64,000 bases of DNA, taken from NCBI GenBank assembly GCA_965216815.1, contig OZ244202.1:872963-936962 (forward strand), in the 5' to 3' direction. This DNA comes from Acidimicrobiales bacterium (lineage in GTDB: Bacteria; Actinomycetota; Acidimicrobiia; Acidimicrobiales; SHLQ01). A program made the position numbers and the translations under genes. The notes under the pieces were generated by a model that saw nothing but the letters and a program-made list of their open reading frames with translations, did no database searches and was not told the DNA's origin. This document shows positions 17,977 through 28,776 of this stretch, piece after piece (the first letter of the stretch is position 1; each line of letters begins with the position of its first letter).

Positions 17977-18885
17977 TCAGGGGGCGAGAGGTCTGCCGAA
18001 GGGGAGGGACTCCTGCCACGTCGAAAGAAATGCTTCGGCGCGATAGCAGGCTGCCATGAACGGCCCCTCCTGATGGTCTGCGACGTCGTCGAGAACCGAT
18101 GACACGGTGTCGGCGGCGTCGGCCAGTCTGGCGTCGTCGTCTGAGCCGTCGGCGCGCCAGGTAGCGACATCGCCTGCCGTCGTCACGAAGTCCGGCAGCA
18201 CGGCAGCACCTGAGCGCTCGAGCACGGCCAGGGCGCGGGCAGTGACGGGCAATGAATCCCACGGAACCACCGCCCGTGTCTGGATCCGCTCGGCGAGCCT
18301 GTGATCGACCACGCCGACCTTCGAACCGACGACGACCACGTCGGCGGTGACCTCGGTGGTCAGATCGGGTTCGGTGATCGTGGCGCCGGCGTCGGACAGC
18401 AGGAGGCGCACGGCGTCGGGTACACCGCCGGTACCTTCGACCGCCACCGACGCTGGATCGAAACGGTGCACCGCCGCGACGACGCCCGAAGCGATCGCCC
18501 GATCGCGCAGTGTCGCTCCCTCGGCTGCTGCGCTGCGAGCAGGTCCTCGAGCGTCGACGGCTCTCAGGCGAGCGAAGTCGTCGGCGCTGAGCCCTTTCGC
18601 AGGGTCGAGCATGAACTCGCCCGACTCGACCAGCGGCACCAGCTCGGCGACCAGATTGGCAACGGTCGCGTCGCGGTCGTCGCCGTCGGCGTTGAACCCG
18701 CCCGACACCCCAGAGATCTTCCGCTCGAGGCTTGCCATCTGGTACGTGACCGCGCGTGCCAGATCCTTGGCGCCGCTTTGGAGGATCTTGCGCGCACAAC
18801 GCACGACGCCGATGCCCTGCTCGGCGTCGTCGAGATCGATAGCGATGAACCCAGCCCCGTCGCCGATCTTATGAATGCGCCCCAT
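17977..18885 (-). CDS. Glu/Leu/Phe/Val dehydrogenase-like protein (divergent)
   Basis: GFIAID, LARAVTY, VAVEGTGGV, VLPDFVTTAG resemble this family. Confidence 0.55.
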   Translation of the reverse strand: MGRIHKIGDGAGFIAIDLDDAEQGIGVVRCARKILQSGAKDLARAVTYQMASLERKISGVSGGFNADGDDRDATVANLVAELVPLVESGEFMLDPAKGLSADDFARLRAVDARGPARSAAAEGATLRDRAIASGVVAAVHRFDPASVAVEGTGGVPDAVRLLLSDAGATITEPDLTTEVTADVVVVGSKVGVVDHRLAERIQTRAVVPWDSLPVTARALAVLERSGAAVLPDFVTTAGDVATWRADGSDDDARLADAADTVSSVLDDVADHQEGPFMAACYRAEAFLSTWQESLPFGRPLAP

Positions 18886-18922
18886 GACGCCGCCACCGTA
18901 CTCCGGATCGCCGGCTTTTCAG

Positions 18923-19033
18923 GATTTCTGAACCCTGGGGTGTCATATACCGCACCGGACGGTTCAGAAATCTTCGGCGTCAGGATTTCTGAACCCTGGG
19001 GTGTCATATACCGCACCGGAGGGTTCAGAAATC
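18923..19033. repeat. REP-like doublet (2 x 50-bp palindromic units)
   Basis: GATTTCTGAACC...GGTTCAGAAATC units at 18923-18972 and 18984-19033; same family inverted at 59908-60020. Confidence 0.9.
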
Positions 19034-19052
19034 CCGAAAACGACCGCGGATC

Positions 19053-20633
19053 TCAGCCTTCGGCGATGAGGCGGTTGAGGACCAGATCGGGGTTTTCGGT
19101 TTCGACACGCTCGAGCCAGTAGGAGCTCTCGAACAAGGCGAGGCGCGTGCCGTCGGCGCGGAACAACACGTCGACGCCGCTCATCGAACGGAGCTCCTTC
19201 TCCGATGCCTCGTCGGTCTCACGTGCGACCGAGAACTTGGTGGGGCTCAGCTCGACAGGAGCACCGAACTCGTTCTCGAGCCGATGTTTCGCCACCTCGA
19301 ACTGCATCGGCCCGACCGCTGCGAGCACAGGAGCCTGATCGCCGAGGTCGGCGTCGCGCAGGACCTGCACCACTCCTTCCTCGTCGAGTTGAGCGACCCC
19401 CGACCGGAACTGCTTGAACTTGCCGGTGTCGGTGACGCGCGCCACCGAGAAGTGCTCGGGGGCGAAAGCCGGAACCGGAGGAAACGAAATTGGCTCGCCG
19501 ACCCACACAGCGTCGCCGATGCGCACGTCGTTGGCGTTGACGAGCCCGATCACGTCGCCGGGGTACGCGACCTCGACGGTCTCGCGGTCCTGTCCGAACA
19601 CCGAGTGCGCGTACTTCGTGGCGAACGGTTTGCCGGTGCGGTCATGAGTGACCACCATCCCGCGCTCAAACCGGCCCGAACACACGCGCAGGTAGGCGAT
19701 GCGATCGCGGTGGGCCTTGTCCATGTTCGCCTGCACCTTGAACACCATCCCTGAGAATGGTGAATCGAGCGGTCGGGCTTTGTCGTCGGCTCCCGACACC
19801 GGCGAGGGCGAAGGAACGAGGTCGACGATCGCGTCGAGGAGGTGGCGTACACCGAAGTTGGTGAGCGCCGAACCGACGAACAGCGGGCTCGATACACCGG
19901 CCAGAAAGTTGTCCTGTTCGTGATGGGCGGCGACCGCGTCGAGGAGTTCGAGCTCCTCGGTCGCCTTGTCCCACCACTCGCCCTCCTCGGCGGCAGCGCG
20001 GTCCGCGTCGACGATCTCCTCCGGCGCGATGGTCGAGCCGCGTGCGGTCCGCTCGAACCGGGTGAACACACCGGTGCCGCGTTCGATGACACCGCGGAAG
20101 TCGCCCGAGATCCCGACCGGCCAGGTCATCGGTGTGGGAGTCACGCCGATCTCCGACTCGATCTCATCGATCAACTCGAGCGGTTCGAGCCCGGGGCGGT
20201 CCCATTTGTTCAAGAACGTGAGCAACGGCAGACCCCGGTCGCGGCAGACCTCGAACAGCTTGAGGGTCTGCGGCTCGATGCCTTTCGCCGAGTCGAGCAC
20301 CATGATCGCGGCGTCGGCGGCGGCGAGCACTCTGTAGGTGTCCTCGGAGAAATCTCGGTGGCCGGGAGTGTCGAGGAGGTTGAGCACACATTCGCGATAC
20401 GGGAACTGCAACACGGTTGAGGTGATCGAGATCCCACGCTGTTGCTCGAGCTCCATCCAATCCGATGTGGCGCCCCGGCGACCGTCGCGGGCTTTGACCG
20501 ACCCGGCGCCCGACGAGAGCGCGCCGCCGTATAGCAGGCACTTCTCGGTGAGCGTGGTCTTGCCCGCGTCGGGGTGCGAGATGATCGCGAACGTTCGACG
20601 TCGCGCTGACTCCTCGAGCACCTCGGACACCAA
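19053..20633 (-). CDS. prfC: Peptide chain release factor 3
   Basis: RRRTFAIISHPDAGKTTLTEK, DTPGHRDFSEDTYR. Confidence 0.97.
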   Translation of the reverse strand: MVSEVLEESARRRTFAIISHPDAGKTTLTEKCLLYGGALSSGAGSVKARDGRRGATSDWMELEQQRGISITSTVLQFPYRECVLNLLDTPGHRDFSEDTYRVLAAADAAIMVLDSAKGIEPQTLKLFEVCRDRGLPLLTFLNKWDRPGLEPLELIDEIESEIGVTPTPMTWPVGISGDFRGVIERGTGVFTRFERTARGSTIAPEEIVDADRAAAEEGEWWDKATEELELLDAVAAHHEQDNFLAGVSSPLFVGSALTNFGVRHLLDAIVDLVPSPSPVSGADDKARPLDSPFSGMVFKVQANMDKAHRDRIAYLRVCSGRFERGMVVTHDRTGKPFATKYAHSVFGQDRETVEVAYPGDVIGLVNANDVRIGDAVWVGEPISFPPVPAFAPEHFSVARVTDTGKFKQFRSGVAQLDEEGVVQVLRDADLGDQAPVLAAVGPMQFEVAKHRLENEFGAPVELSPTKFSVARETDEASEKELRSMSGVDVLFRADGTRLALFESSYWLERVETENPDLVLNRLIAEG

Positions 20634-20644
20634 GCGAGTCTATG

Positions 20645-20687
20645 GAATTGAGTCCTTTTGGGCCCAGACCCCGACGGGACTCAATTC
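20645..20687. repeat. Intergenic hairpin/REP-like element
   Basis: GAATTGAGTCC...GGACTCAATTC arms with a GGCCCAGACCCC core; related copy at 58853-58897. Confidence 0.6.
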
Positions 20688-21732
20688 AGTGCCTTCGTTC
20701 GGAGACGAAGTGGGCGAGATCGACGAGCGGTTGGCGTGCTCGGTCCGCGATGGGCAGCGCGTCGAGCGCCTCGATTGCATCGGTTGTCAGGGACTCGATG
20801 TCGTCTTCGACGGCGGCGAGCGCGCCCGTGTCGATCATGACCCGCTGAATCGCTTGCACATCGGCATCGGTCGGTTCCTCCCCGACACGATCGAGCACCG
20901 CGCGCTGCTGCTCGTCGGCTGCGCTCCAAGCGTGGGCCAACAAGAGCGTCGGCTTTCCCTCGCGCAGATCGTCGCCGACCGGCTTGCCGGTCTCGTCGGC
21001 GTCGCCGAACGCGCCAAGCACGTCGTCGCGGAGCTGGAAAGCGGCACCCAGTGGTTCGCCGTAGGCGACTACGTCGTCGACAAGCGAATCGTGGCCGCCC
21101 AGCGCAGCGCCGATCTGCATCGGCCGTTCGATCGTGTACCGGCCCGACTTGTACTGAACGATGCGTCGAGCCGTGTCGGCACTCACAGAACGCTGCGCCG
21201 TGCCCGAGATGTCCAGGTACTGGCCGATGTTCAACTCGACACGCAGTTCGTTCCAAATGGAGCGAGCCCGACCGTCGATGGCTGCGGCGAGCACGTCGGC
21301 GTACGCGTGAGATATGTCGCCGAGCAGGATCGCGACGCCTTCGCCGAACCTTCGCGATTCGCCGCGCCAGTCGGTGCCTTCATGTGTCTCGGCAAAGCGG
21401 GAATGCAGGGTGGGCAACCCCCGGCGCCGCGGCGATCCGTCCATGACGTCGTCGTGAGCGAGCGCGAAGACATGGAGGATCTCGAGCGCCGCGCCCATGT
21501 CGAGCACGAGCGGATCGTCGGGGTCACCCCCCGCCGCTACGTTCGCCCAGTGACAAAACGCGGGCCGCAGACGTTTGCCGCCCAGGACGACCATGTCCTC
21601 GAGCGCCCGCAGTGGAGTCTCGAGCTCATCGTCGACTTCAGTCCAGCGCAGGACTTCGTCGTCGAGAAACGAGCGCAGGCGCGACGTGGTCCGTTGCGCG
21701 GGAACCGTGAGCGCCAACGGCTCCTGGTTCAC
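20686..21732 (-). CDS. Polyprenyl (GGPP-type) synthase
   Basis: GGKRLRP, HDDVMD, RRG, FQLRDD, GKPVGDDLREGK; GTG start overlaps the xseB stop. Confidence 0.92.
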   Translation of the reverse strand: MNQEPLALTVPAQRTTSRLRSFLDDEVLRWTEVDDELETPLRALEDMVVLGGKRLRPAFCHWANVAAGGDPDDPLVLDMGAALEILHVFALAHDDVMDGSPRRRGLPTLHSRFAETHEGTDWRGESRRFGEGVAILLGDISHAYADVLAAAIDGRARSIWNELRVELNIGQYLDISGTAQRSVSADTARRIVQYKSGRYTIERPMQIGAALGGHDSLVDDVVAYGEPLGAAFQLRDDVLGAFGDADETGKPVGDDLREGKPTLLLAHAWSAADEQQRAVLDRVGEEPTDADVQAIQRVMIDTGALAAVEDDIESLTTDAIEALDALPIADRARQPLVDLAHFVSERRH

Positions 21733-21956
21733 TCTTCGTCGTCTATCAGCTGGTCGAGATCGGCGACGACCCGGTCGACCTGCACCTGTGCGTCGGCGAG
21801 GCGCGACCGGCACAGCGCCAACAACCCAGCGGCCCTCTCGACGCGCTTTGCGACGACGTCGACGTCGACGTCGTCGGCATCGAGCTCGCTGAGGATCTCG
21901 TCGAGCTCGGCGAGTGCGTCGGTGTAGGCGATCGGCTCGTCGTCGTCGTCAGTCAT
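21729..21956 (-). CDS. xseB: Exodeoxyribonuclease VII small subunit
   Basis: YTDALAELDEILSEL...CRSRL; follows xseA. Confidence 0.9.
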   Translation of the reverse strand: MTDDDDEPIAYTDALAELDEILSELDADDVDVDVVAKRVERAAGLLALCRSRLADAQVQVDRVVADLDQLIDDEE

Positions 21957-23340
21957 CGGTGCGGCTCTCCTCGGTTCGCTCGACGAGGCTCCTGAGCTCG
22001 CCGTCGACCACCCGCGTGATGATGACATCACCGACGGATGCCGAGGCAACTTCGCGCACGACTCTGCCGTCGGCGGTTCGGGTGATCGTCCAACCGCGAG
22101 CGAACAGACGGGCGGGGTCTGAAGCCTTGATCGCCGTCTCACGACCGTCTAGCTCTCGGCGAGCCCAGCCGAGCACGCGCCTCGCTGCCGGCTCGATGCG
22201 TCGTGTTGGTGCATCGAGTCGGGTCGACGCCCGACGGAGGGCTGCGGTGGCTCGATCGCGCGTCCGGTCTGCACGACCGCGTAGTCGGGTGTCGGCGACG
22301 ACGATCGACCGGGCGGCACGCGCTTGCACGAGTCGAGCCGTCTCGGTCAGCCGGGCGTCGGCGCGGGTCACGGCTCGATGCGTGTTGGTTCGGTGCGCCT
22401 CGGCGCGATGGTCGAGCCTGCTTGCGGCCGTCGACATCGCCTGACGTGCATGAGATGCGATCGAGCGCGCCCGGTTGGCGAGCTCTCGGTCGAGTGATCG
22501 CAGCCGGTCGACGATCATCGTCGCGCACGCGGTCGGCGTCTTGAGCGAGAGGTGAGCGACCTCGTCGGCGACGCTCCGATCGATCTCGTGACCTATACCG
22601 CAGATGACCGGCACGGGGCATCGAGCGATCGCCATCGCCAGCTCCTCGGAGTCGTAGGGCGCGAGATCGCCGCGCGACCCGCCGCCCCGAATCAAGGCGA
22701 TGAGATCGACCTCCGAGCGGCCGAAGTGTTCGATCGCCGTCACAAGGCCCAGATGTGCGCCTTCGCCCTGCACCCGCGTGTGGAGAGTGTGGACGACGAT
22801 GGCGTAGCCGCTGCCGGCGAGCTCCTCGAGGAAGTCGTGCTCGGCAGCCGAGCCTTGCGATGTGACGAGGCCGATCTTCTGGGGCGCCAGGGGTGTGGCG
22901 AGAGCAGGCTGGCGTGCAGCGTGGCCGCCGGCTCGTAGCCGTTCGAGGAGCTGCTCGCGTTCGAGCGCGACCGCGCCGAGCGTGTATGTCGGATCGATCG
23001 ACGTCATCCTGATCTGCAGGCGACCCTGGGGTGGGTAGAAGTCGACGACCCCTCTGACTCGCACGGCCATCCCGTCGGTCATGCGGATGCCACCGACTCG
23101 TTTGAGCAGCTTGTTCACGATCGCCCGCGTCGAGTCGAACAATATGACCGATACCCGGGCGGTCGGTGCGTGGCCGGGCGCCGAGCCGGGCTGGACGAGG
23201 TCGAAGTACACGTGACCCGCGCGAGAGCGGGTGAGGTTCGATATCTCACCGATCACCCAGATGTCGTCGGGGAACAGCTCGTCGAACGTGCGTCCCAACA
23301 GCTCGGTGAGCTCGGCCACCTCGTAGGTGGGTTGGTCCAT
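21949..23340 (-). CDS. xseA: Exodeoxyribonuclease VII large subunit
   Basis: WVIGEISN, GHVYF, RGGGS, GIGHEID, TPTA. Confidence 0.95.
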   Translation of the reverse strand: MDQPTYEVAELTELLGRTFDELFPDDIWVIGEISNLTRSRAGHVYFDLVQPGSAPGHAPTARVSVILFDSTRAIVNKLLKRVGGIRMTDGMAVRVRGVVDFYPPQGRLQIRMTSIDPTYTLGAVALEREQLLERLRAGGHAARQPALATPLAPQKIGLVTSQGSAAEHDFLEELAGSGYAIVVHTLHTRVQGEGAHLGLVTAIEHFGRSEVDLIALIRGGGSRGDLAPYDSEELAMAIARCPVPVICGIGHEIDRSVADEVAHLSLKTPTACATMIVDRLRSLDRELANRARSIASHARQAMSTAASRLDHRAEAHRTNTHRAVTRADARLTETARLVQARAARSIVVADTRLRGRADRTRDRATAALRRASTRLDAPTRRIEPAARRVLGWARRELDGRETAIKASDPARLFARGWTITRTADGRVVREVASASVGDVIITRVVDGELRSLVERTEESRTDD

Positions 23341-25223
23341 CAGCCGACCGTCCCCGCCGGTTCCTGGCGAACGAGCGTGTCGTAGAGGTCGGCGTACAGC
23401 CCACCACGCGCGTGAAGCGTGTCGTGGGTACCGGTCTCGACGATTCGCCCCTCGTCGAGCACGACGATGAGATCCGCCGCTGTGATGGTCGACAGGCGAT
23501 GGGCAACCACGACCGCTGTGCGGCCCTCGAGCGCAGTGGCGAGCGCTCGCTGCACTAGGGCCTCGTTTTCGGAGTCGAGGTGGCTCGTCGCCTCGTCCAG
23601 GACCACGATGCGCGGGTCCTTCAACAGCATCCGCGCGATCGACAGACGCTGCTTCTCACCGCCCGACAGCCGGTAGCCGCGTTCGCCGACGACCGTGTCG
23701 AAACCGTCCGGTAAGGCTTCGATGACGTCGAGGATGCGCGACGCGTCGCACGCCGCGACGAGCTCGGCTTCGGTCGCAGACGGCCGCGCGTAGAGGAGGT
23801 TCGAGCGAACCGTCTCGTGGAACAGGTGTGGGTCCTGGTTGACGACTCCAATCGAGCGGCGAACGCTCGTGAGCGACGCGTCGCGCACGTCGACGCCGTC
23901 GATGCGAACGGCGCCTTCGGTCACGTCGTAGAGCCGCGACAAGAGGTTCGTGAGCGTCGTCTTGCCGGCGCCGGACGGGCCGACGACGGCCACCAGCTGG
24001 CCGGGCTCGATCGTGAGGTCGATGTCGACGAGCGCCGGCGCGAGTGGATCGCCCGACCCGCCTGTCGCACCCGGAGTCTCGAGCGAGGCGACGCTCACAT
24101 CATCGGGGCGCGGGTAGTGGAACCTGACGTGATCGAACTCGACCCGACCGTCGACATCGTTCAACTCGATTGGGTTCGGTGGATCGACGATCGGGTTGGG
24201 GGCGTCGAGCACCTCGAAAACACGGTCGAACGACACGAGCGCAGTCATCACGTCGACCCTGGCGTTGGTGAGGCTGGTCAGCGGCGTGTAGACCCGCACG
24301 ATCAGGAGGCTCATGGCGGTCAGCGTCCCGACCGTCATCGACTCGGAGATGACGAGGTGTCCGCCGACCAAGTACACAGCGGCTGTGCCGAGGGCGCCGA
24401 CGAGGGTCAGCGCGACCATGAAGGTGCGGCTGTAGAGGGCGCTGCGCACACCGATGTCGCGCACGCGACCAGCGCGATCGGAGAAGTCCTCGGTCTCGGC
24501 GTCGGCCCGCCCGAAGAGCTTGACCAGCATGGCGCCCGAGACGTTGAACCGCTCGGTCATCGTTGTGTTCATCGACGCGTTCAGGTCCATCGACTCGCGA
24601 GTGATGTCCGACAGCCGTCGGCCGACACGCTTGGCGGGCACGAGAAAGATGGGGAGGATCACCAGGGCGAGAAGGGTGAGCTTCCATTCGAGTATCAAGA
24701 GCGCGAGAAGCGTCGTGAGCAGGCTGATGAGACTCGACACCACCGAACCCAGCGTGCCGGTCAGGGCGCGCTGGGCTCCGATGACGTCGTTGTTGAGTCG
24801 ACTGATCAGCGAACCGGTCTGAGCTCGGGTGAAGAAGGCGATCGGCATGCGTTGCACGTGGTCGTATAGCCGCACGCGCAGGTCGTAGATGACGCTTTCG
24901 CCGATGCGCGCAGAGAGCCAGCGTTCGATCATCGATACCCCGGCCGCAGCGAAGGCGGCGCCGATGATCAGCATCCCGAGCGTGTTCAGCCACGAGCGAT
25001 CGGCGTCCTCGATGGCGCCGTCGATGATGCGCTGGAGCAACAGGGGAGGGACGAGCTGAAGCAGCGAACCGATCGTCACCATGGCGATGAACAGGGCGAT
25101 CATGGTCCAGTAGGGGCGGGCAAAGACCAGGACTCTGCGCAAAGTGGTTCGTTCGAGCCCGGCGTCGGCGTCACCGGCGTAGCTCATCGAATGCACCATC
25201 CGCATGTGCCCGCCGTGCTCCAT
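23340..25223 (-). CDS. ABC exporter, fused permease/ATPase
   Basis: TM domain, GPSGAGKT, LSGGEKQR, DEATSHLD. Confidence 0.93.
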   Translation of the reverse strand: MEHGGHMRMVHSMSYAGDADAGLERTTLRRVLVFARPYWTMIALFIAMVTIGSLLQLVPPLLLQRIIDGAIEDADRSWLNTLGMLIIGAAFAAAGVSMIERWLSARIGESVIYDLRVRLYDHVQRMPIAFFTRAQTGSLISRLNNDVIGAQRALTGTLGSVVSSLISLLTTLLALLILEWKLTLLALVILPIFLVPAKRVGRRLSDITRESMDLNASMNTTMTERFNVSGAMLVKLFGRADAETEDFSDRAGRVRDIGVRSALYSRTFMVALTLVGALGTAAVYLVGGHLVISESMTVGTLTAMSLLIVRVYTPLTSLTNARVDVMTALVSFDRVFEVLDAPNPIVDPPNPIELNDVDGRVEFDHVRFHYPRPDDVSVASLETPGATGGSGDPLAPALVDIDLTIEPGQLVAVVGPSGAGKTTLTNLLSRLYDVTEGAVRIDGVDVRDASLTSVRRSIGVVNQDPHLFHETVRSNLLYARPSATEAELVAACDASRILDVIEALPDGFDTVVGERGYRLSGGEKQRLSIARMLLKDPRIVVLDEATSHLDSENEALVQRALATALEGRTAVVVAHRLSTITAADLIVVLDEGRIVETGTHDTLHARGGLYADLYDTLVRQEPAGTVG

Positions 25224-25272
25224 CGCCGCAATCTACCGGTGTGGCCAATGCCCGCCCTTCGCGACCCCGGTG

Positions 25273-26961
25273 TCAGACCAGGTTTCGCGAAAGTCGTCCG
25301 GCTTCGAGGTGGACGACGCGGTCGGCGATCGCATGGGCGGCTGGACGGTTGGAGACCGCCAGCACCGTCGCGCCCGAGGCTCGCAGCGCCTTCCACATGG
25401 CGAGCTCGGTGTGTACGTCGAGCGCGCTCGAGAGGTCGTCGAGCACCAGTAGCTGCGGTCTGGTCGCCATCGCGCGGGCCGCCGCGACCCGCTGACGCTG
25501 TCCGCCGCTCAGCCGCGTGCCTCCGGTTCCGATCGTCGTGTCGAGCCCATCGGCGAACCCGGCCAGATCGCGAGTCAGCTGCGCGGTGGCGCAGACTTCG
25601 TCTATCGAGTGAGTATCGGTGAGGTCGAGCGCGATGTTGCGCCGAACCGTGTCGCTGAAGAGCTGTGGATTCTGCGGCAGATAGCCCACGGCCCCCGGCA
25701 CCATGAAGGCGCCTGGCTCGTCGATTCGGTCGCCGTTCCAGAAGATGTCGCCATGGTGGGGAACGAGGCCGAGCAGCGCGCGCAGTAGCGTCGTCTTGCC
25801 CGCCCCGATCTGACCGCCCACGATGACGACCTCGCCTGCGGCGATGTCGAGATCGATGTCGCGCAGCTCGAAGCCGTTGGCTGTCGAAGACCCGAATCCC
25901 CGCAGCGACATCCGTTCGAGAGGCGCGACCGCGATGGGTCGTCCCGCGACAGGCGAGCGCACATCGGCGCGGTCGATCGGTAGGTCGCGCTCGGCAAACA
26001 CGGCGTCGTGGTCCTCACCTGCGACGAGCTGTGACATGTGCTCGATCGAGGCTTCGGCCTGTCGGGCACGGGCGACCGAGAAGCCGACCATTCTCGGCAG
26101 GAAGCCCAGGAAGACGGCGTATGTCGAGAGGAGAGCGAAATCGCCGGCCGTCAGTTCACCCGCTGCGGCGGAGGCCGATGTGACGACGAGCGCGAGTCCG
26201 ACGGCCAGCGCTCCGACAGATTCGCTGAGAGATCGGAAACCCTCGGTGAGAACCCGGTCGCGAACCACGGTTCGAAGGCGTTGTGCGGTCGCTCGGTCGG
26301 AGATGACGGCGGCCCGGTCAGCGGCGTCGTGCACCGAAAGGGCTGCCGCACCTCGAAGCAGCTCGCCCATGGTCTCGGTAACGCGCTCGACCGCCAGTCG
26401 GTCGGCCTCGCGGGCGCGGTGGATCCAGGCACCGAGCATCCGCGCCACGACACCGATCAGCACGACCGGCACCGCGACAGCGATGGCGATGGCGGGGTCG
26501 ATGGTCGCCATCATGGCGACGGCGAAGATCGTGAACAGCGCAGCTCCTGTGACATCGACCCACGAGTCGACGTATTCGAGGACGTCGCGGGGTCCGTCAC
26601 GGAAATGGGCGATCGCCCCGGCGGGTGACCGAGTGGCGCGCCCCGCCTCGCTGCCGCCGCTCGCGACCTGCGCTCTCATGAGGTTGTACCGCTGGAGCGA
26701 CTCGCCGAGCACCCACCACCGCACCCAGGTGAGCGCCGCGAAATGCACGTCGATGGTTCGCACGACAGCGACTAGGAGTACGGCGAGGGCGAGCCAGTAG
26801 ACGAGCGGTCCGCCCGTGTTTGTCTCGAGCTCGTCGAACGCCCGCTGATAGATCGGGCCGACCACGGCGGGCGCGACGAAGAACACCAGCCAGAGCGACA
26901 CGCTGGTCAGGAACAGTCGTCGCCGGACCCGGGTGACGGCCGACACTGCGCGCAGGCTCAT
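25273..26961 (-). CDS. ABC exporter, fused permease/ATPase
   Basis: GQIGAGKT, LSGGQRQR, degenerate DDLSSALD. Confidence 0.9.
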   Translation of the reverse strand: MSLRAVSAVTRVRRRLFLTSVSLWLVFFVAPAVVGPIYQRAFDELETNTGGPLVYWLALAVLLVAVVRTIDVHFAALTWVRWWVLGESLQRYNLMRAQVASGGSEAGRATRSPAGAIAHFRDGPRDVLEYVDSWVDVTGAALFTIFAVAMMATIDPAIAIAVAVPVVLIGVVARMLGAWIHRAREADRLAVERVTETMGELLRGAAALSVHDAADRAAVISDRATAQRLRTVVRDRVLTEGFRSLSESVGALAVGLALVVTSASAAAGELTAGDFALLSTYAVFLGFLPRMVGFSVARARQAEASIEHMSQLVAGEDHDAVFAERDLPIDRADVRSPVAGRPIAVAPLERMSLRGFGSSTANGFELRDIDLDIAAGEVVIVGGQIGAGKTTLLRALLGLVPHHGDIFWNGDRIDEPGAFMVPGAVGYLPQNPQLFSDTVRRNIALDLTDTHSIDEVCATAQLTRDLAGFADGLDTTIGTGGTRLSGGQRQRVAAARAMATRPQLLVLDDLSSALDVHTELAMWKALRASGATVLAVSNRPAAHAIADRVVHLEAGRLSRNLV

Positions 26962-26965
26962 CCGA

Positions 26966-28696
26966 TCACCTCCGCCTGGAGGGCGAGCTCGACCGCGCGG
27001 CGAAATGGCTCGACGGATCGTCGAGGAGGTCGCGCCGTTCGCCGTGCTCGACGATGCGGCCGTCGTCCATCACCACGATGTCGTCGACGCGCTCGAGGGT
27101 GGACAACCGGTGAGCGATGATCATCGCGGTGCGTCCTTCGAGGAGACGGCCGATGGCCCGCTGCACGGCCGCCTCGGTGCTGGGGTCGACGCTGGCGGTG
27201 GCTTCGTCGAGCACGACGAGCCCGGGATCGCGGAGGAACAGCCGAGCGAGCGCGAGAAGTTGCGCTTGGCCACCAGAAAGGTCCCGCCCGCCCATCGCAA
27301 GCCGTCGGTCGAGGTCGCCCTCCGCGAGCTCGGACAGCTCGACGGCATGGAGCGCCTCGCGAATTCGGGCATCGTCGATCGAGTCGTCGAAGAGAGCTAC
27401 GTTCTCGCGAATCGAGGTGCCGAAGACCTGGACCTGTTGGGGCACGAGCCCTATGCGACTTCTGAGCGACCGCAATGAGATGTCGAGTAGGGGTTTGCCG
27501 TCGAGTCTGATCGCTGGACCGTCGGTGTCGATCTGACGTGTCAACAACCGCGCGAGCGTCGACTTGCCCGAGCCGGTGTGTCCGACGATTCCGACGTGTC
27601 GTCCCGGGGGAAGCTCCAAGTCGATGTCGTCAAGGACCGATTCTTCACCGTATGAAAAGGACAACTTGTCGACGGTGACAGCTACCGGGCCGGCGCCCAG
27701 GTGTTCGGTGCCTTCGTCGGCTATGTCGGGTTCGGTGTCTGCGAGCTCGATCACGCGAGTCATGCCGCCGGCGGCTTGTTGAACCTCTTCGAGGTTCTCG
27801 GTGAACATCTCCATCGGGCGACGGAGCATGAACGCATAGAGCACGAGGGTCAGCCCATCGCCGACGCTGATCGTGCCGGACCGGATTGCAAGCGCTCCAC
27901 CGACGATCATCAGCGCCTCGGCGCCTCCGAAGAACACGAAGAAGGTGTGCCACAACCGCAGGGTCGCTCGCTCGCGCTGGTACTCGGCTTCGAGGACCTC
28001 CGCGGACCGATCGGTGAGCCGGTTCAACGCGTAGGTTCCGCCTAGATTCGCGCGAACATCGTCGACGCCGACGAGGGTCTCCTCGATGGTCCCGTAGAGG
28101 GCCGCGTAGCTGCTGCGCTCATCGACGGCTTGGGCGACCGCGGCAGCCCGCTGGCGCGACAGAGCGACGACCGAGACGATCGCGTAGAGCGTGAACACGG
28201 CCCCGATGCGCACGTCGATCGTGAAGCTGATGACGATCATGCCGGCAGCCATGAGAGCGACCGAGATCGCACGCACGACGAAGGTCGAGATGAAATCGGC
28301 CACCGCCGTGCAGTCTCCGTCGACACGCTCGACGAGCGCGCCCGGAGACGTACCCATGTGGTAGCGGGTACCGAGCTCGAGCACGTGGCGGATGAGGCGG
28401 CCGCGCAGCTTGTTCGTCTCGACCCAGGCCAGGCGCGTGGTTCGCCATGTGAGAGCCACCTGTGTCGTCGTGGCAACAACCGCTATGCACAGGTAGACGA
28501 TCCCGAGCATCGCGAGCTCGTCGGCGTCGGCACCGCCCTGGGCCCGATCGACGAAGCGACCGATGATCATCGGACCTGCGAGGGGCAGCACCGATGCGAT
28601 CGCCATCCCGATTCCGAGGACGGCGATCTCGGTGCGCGCAGGGTCGATGAGGCGCGCGAATGCGCGCCAAGGCACGGCGGTCGTCGTCCCCTTCAC
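26966..28696 (-). CDS. ABC exporter, fused permease/ATPase (probable heterodimer partner of the previous gene)
   Basis: GHTGSGKS, LSGGQAQ, DEATASVD. Confidence 0.9.
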   Translation of the reverse strand: MKGTTTAVPWRAFARLIDPARTEIAVLGIGMAIASVLPLAGPMIIGRFVDRAQGGADADELAMLGIVYLCIAVVATTTQVALTWRTTRLAWVETNKLRGRLIRHVLELGTRYHMGTSPGALVERVDGDCTAVADFISTFVVRAISVALMAAGMIVISFTIDVRIGAVFTLYAIVSVVALSRQRAAAVAQAVDERSSYAALYGTIEETLVGVDDVRANLGGTYALNRLTDRSAEVLEAEYQRERATLRLWHTFFVFFGGAEALMIVGGALAIRSGTISVGDGLTLVLYAFMLRRPMEMFTENLEEVQQAAGGMTRVIELADTEPDIADEGTEHLGAGPVAVTVDKLSFSYGEESVLDDIDLELPPGRHVGIVGHTGSGKSTLARLLTRQIDTDGPAIRLDGKPLLDISLRSLRSRIGLVPQQVQVFGTSIRENVALFDDSIDDARIREALHAVELSELAEGDLDRRLAMGGRDLSGGQAQLLALARLFLRDPGLVVLDEATASVDPSTEAAVQRAIGRLLEGRTAMIIAHRLSTLERVDDIVVMDDGRIVEHGERRDLLDDPSSHFAARSSSPSRRR

Positions 28697-28776
28697 CGCT
28701 CCAGTGTCGCAGGCTTACCAGACCCGACGCGACGATTTAGTAGGACGCGGGGACAGACCCCCTGTCCTACTCGGCG

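Noticed and set aside
18923-19033. Repeat doublets (also 59908-60020 and 40992-41124) as CRISPR arrays
   Set aside because: Only 2-3 units, no unique spacers of regular length, and no cas genes in the window
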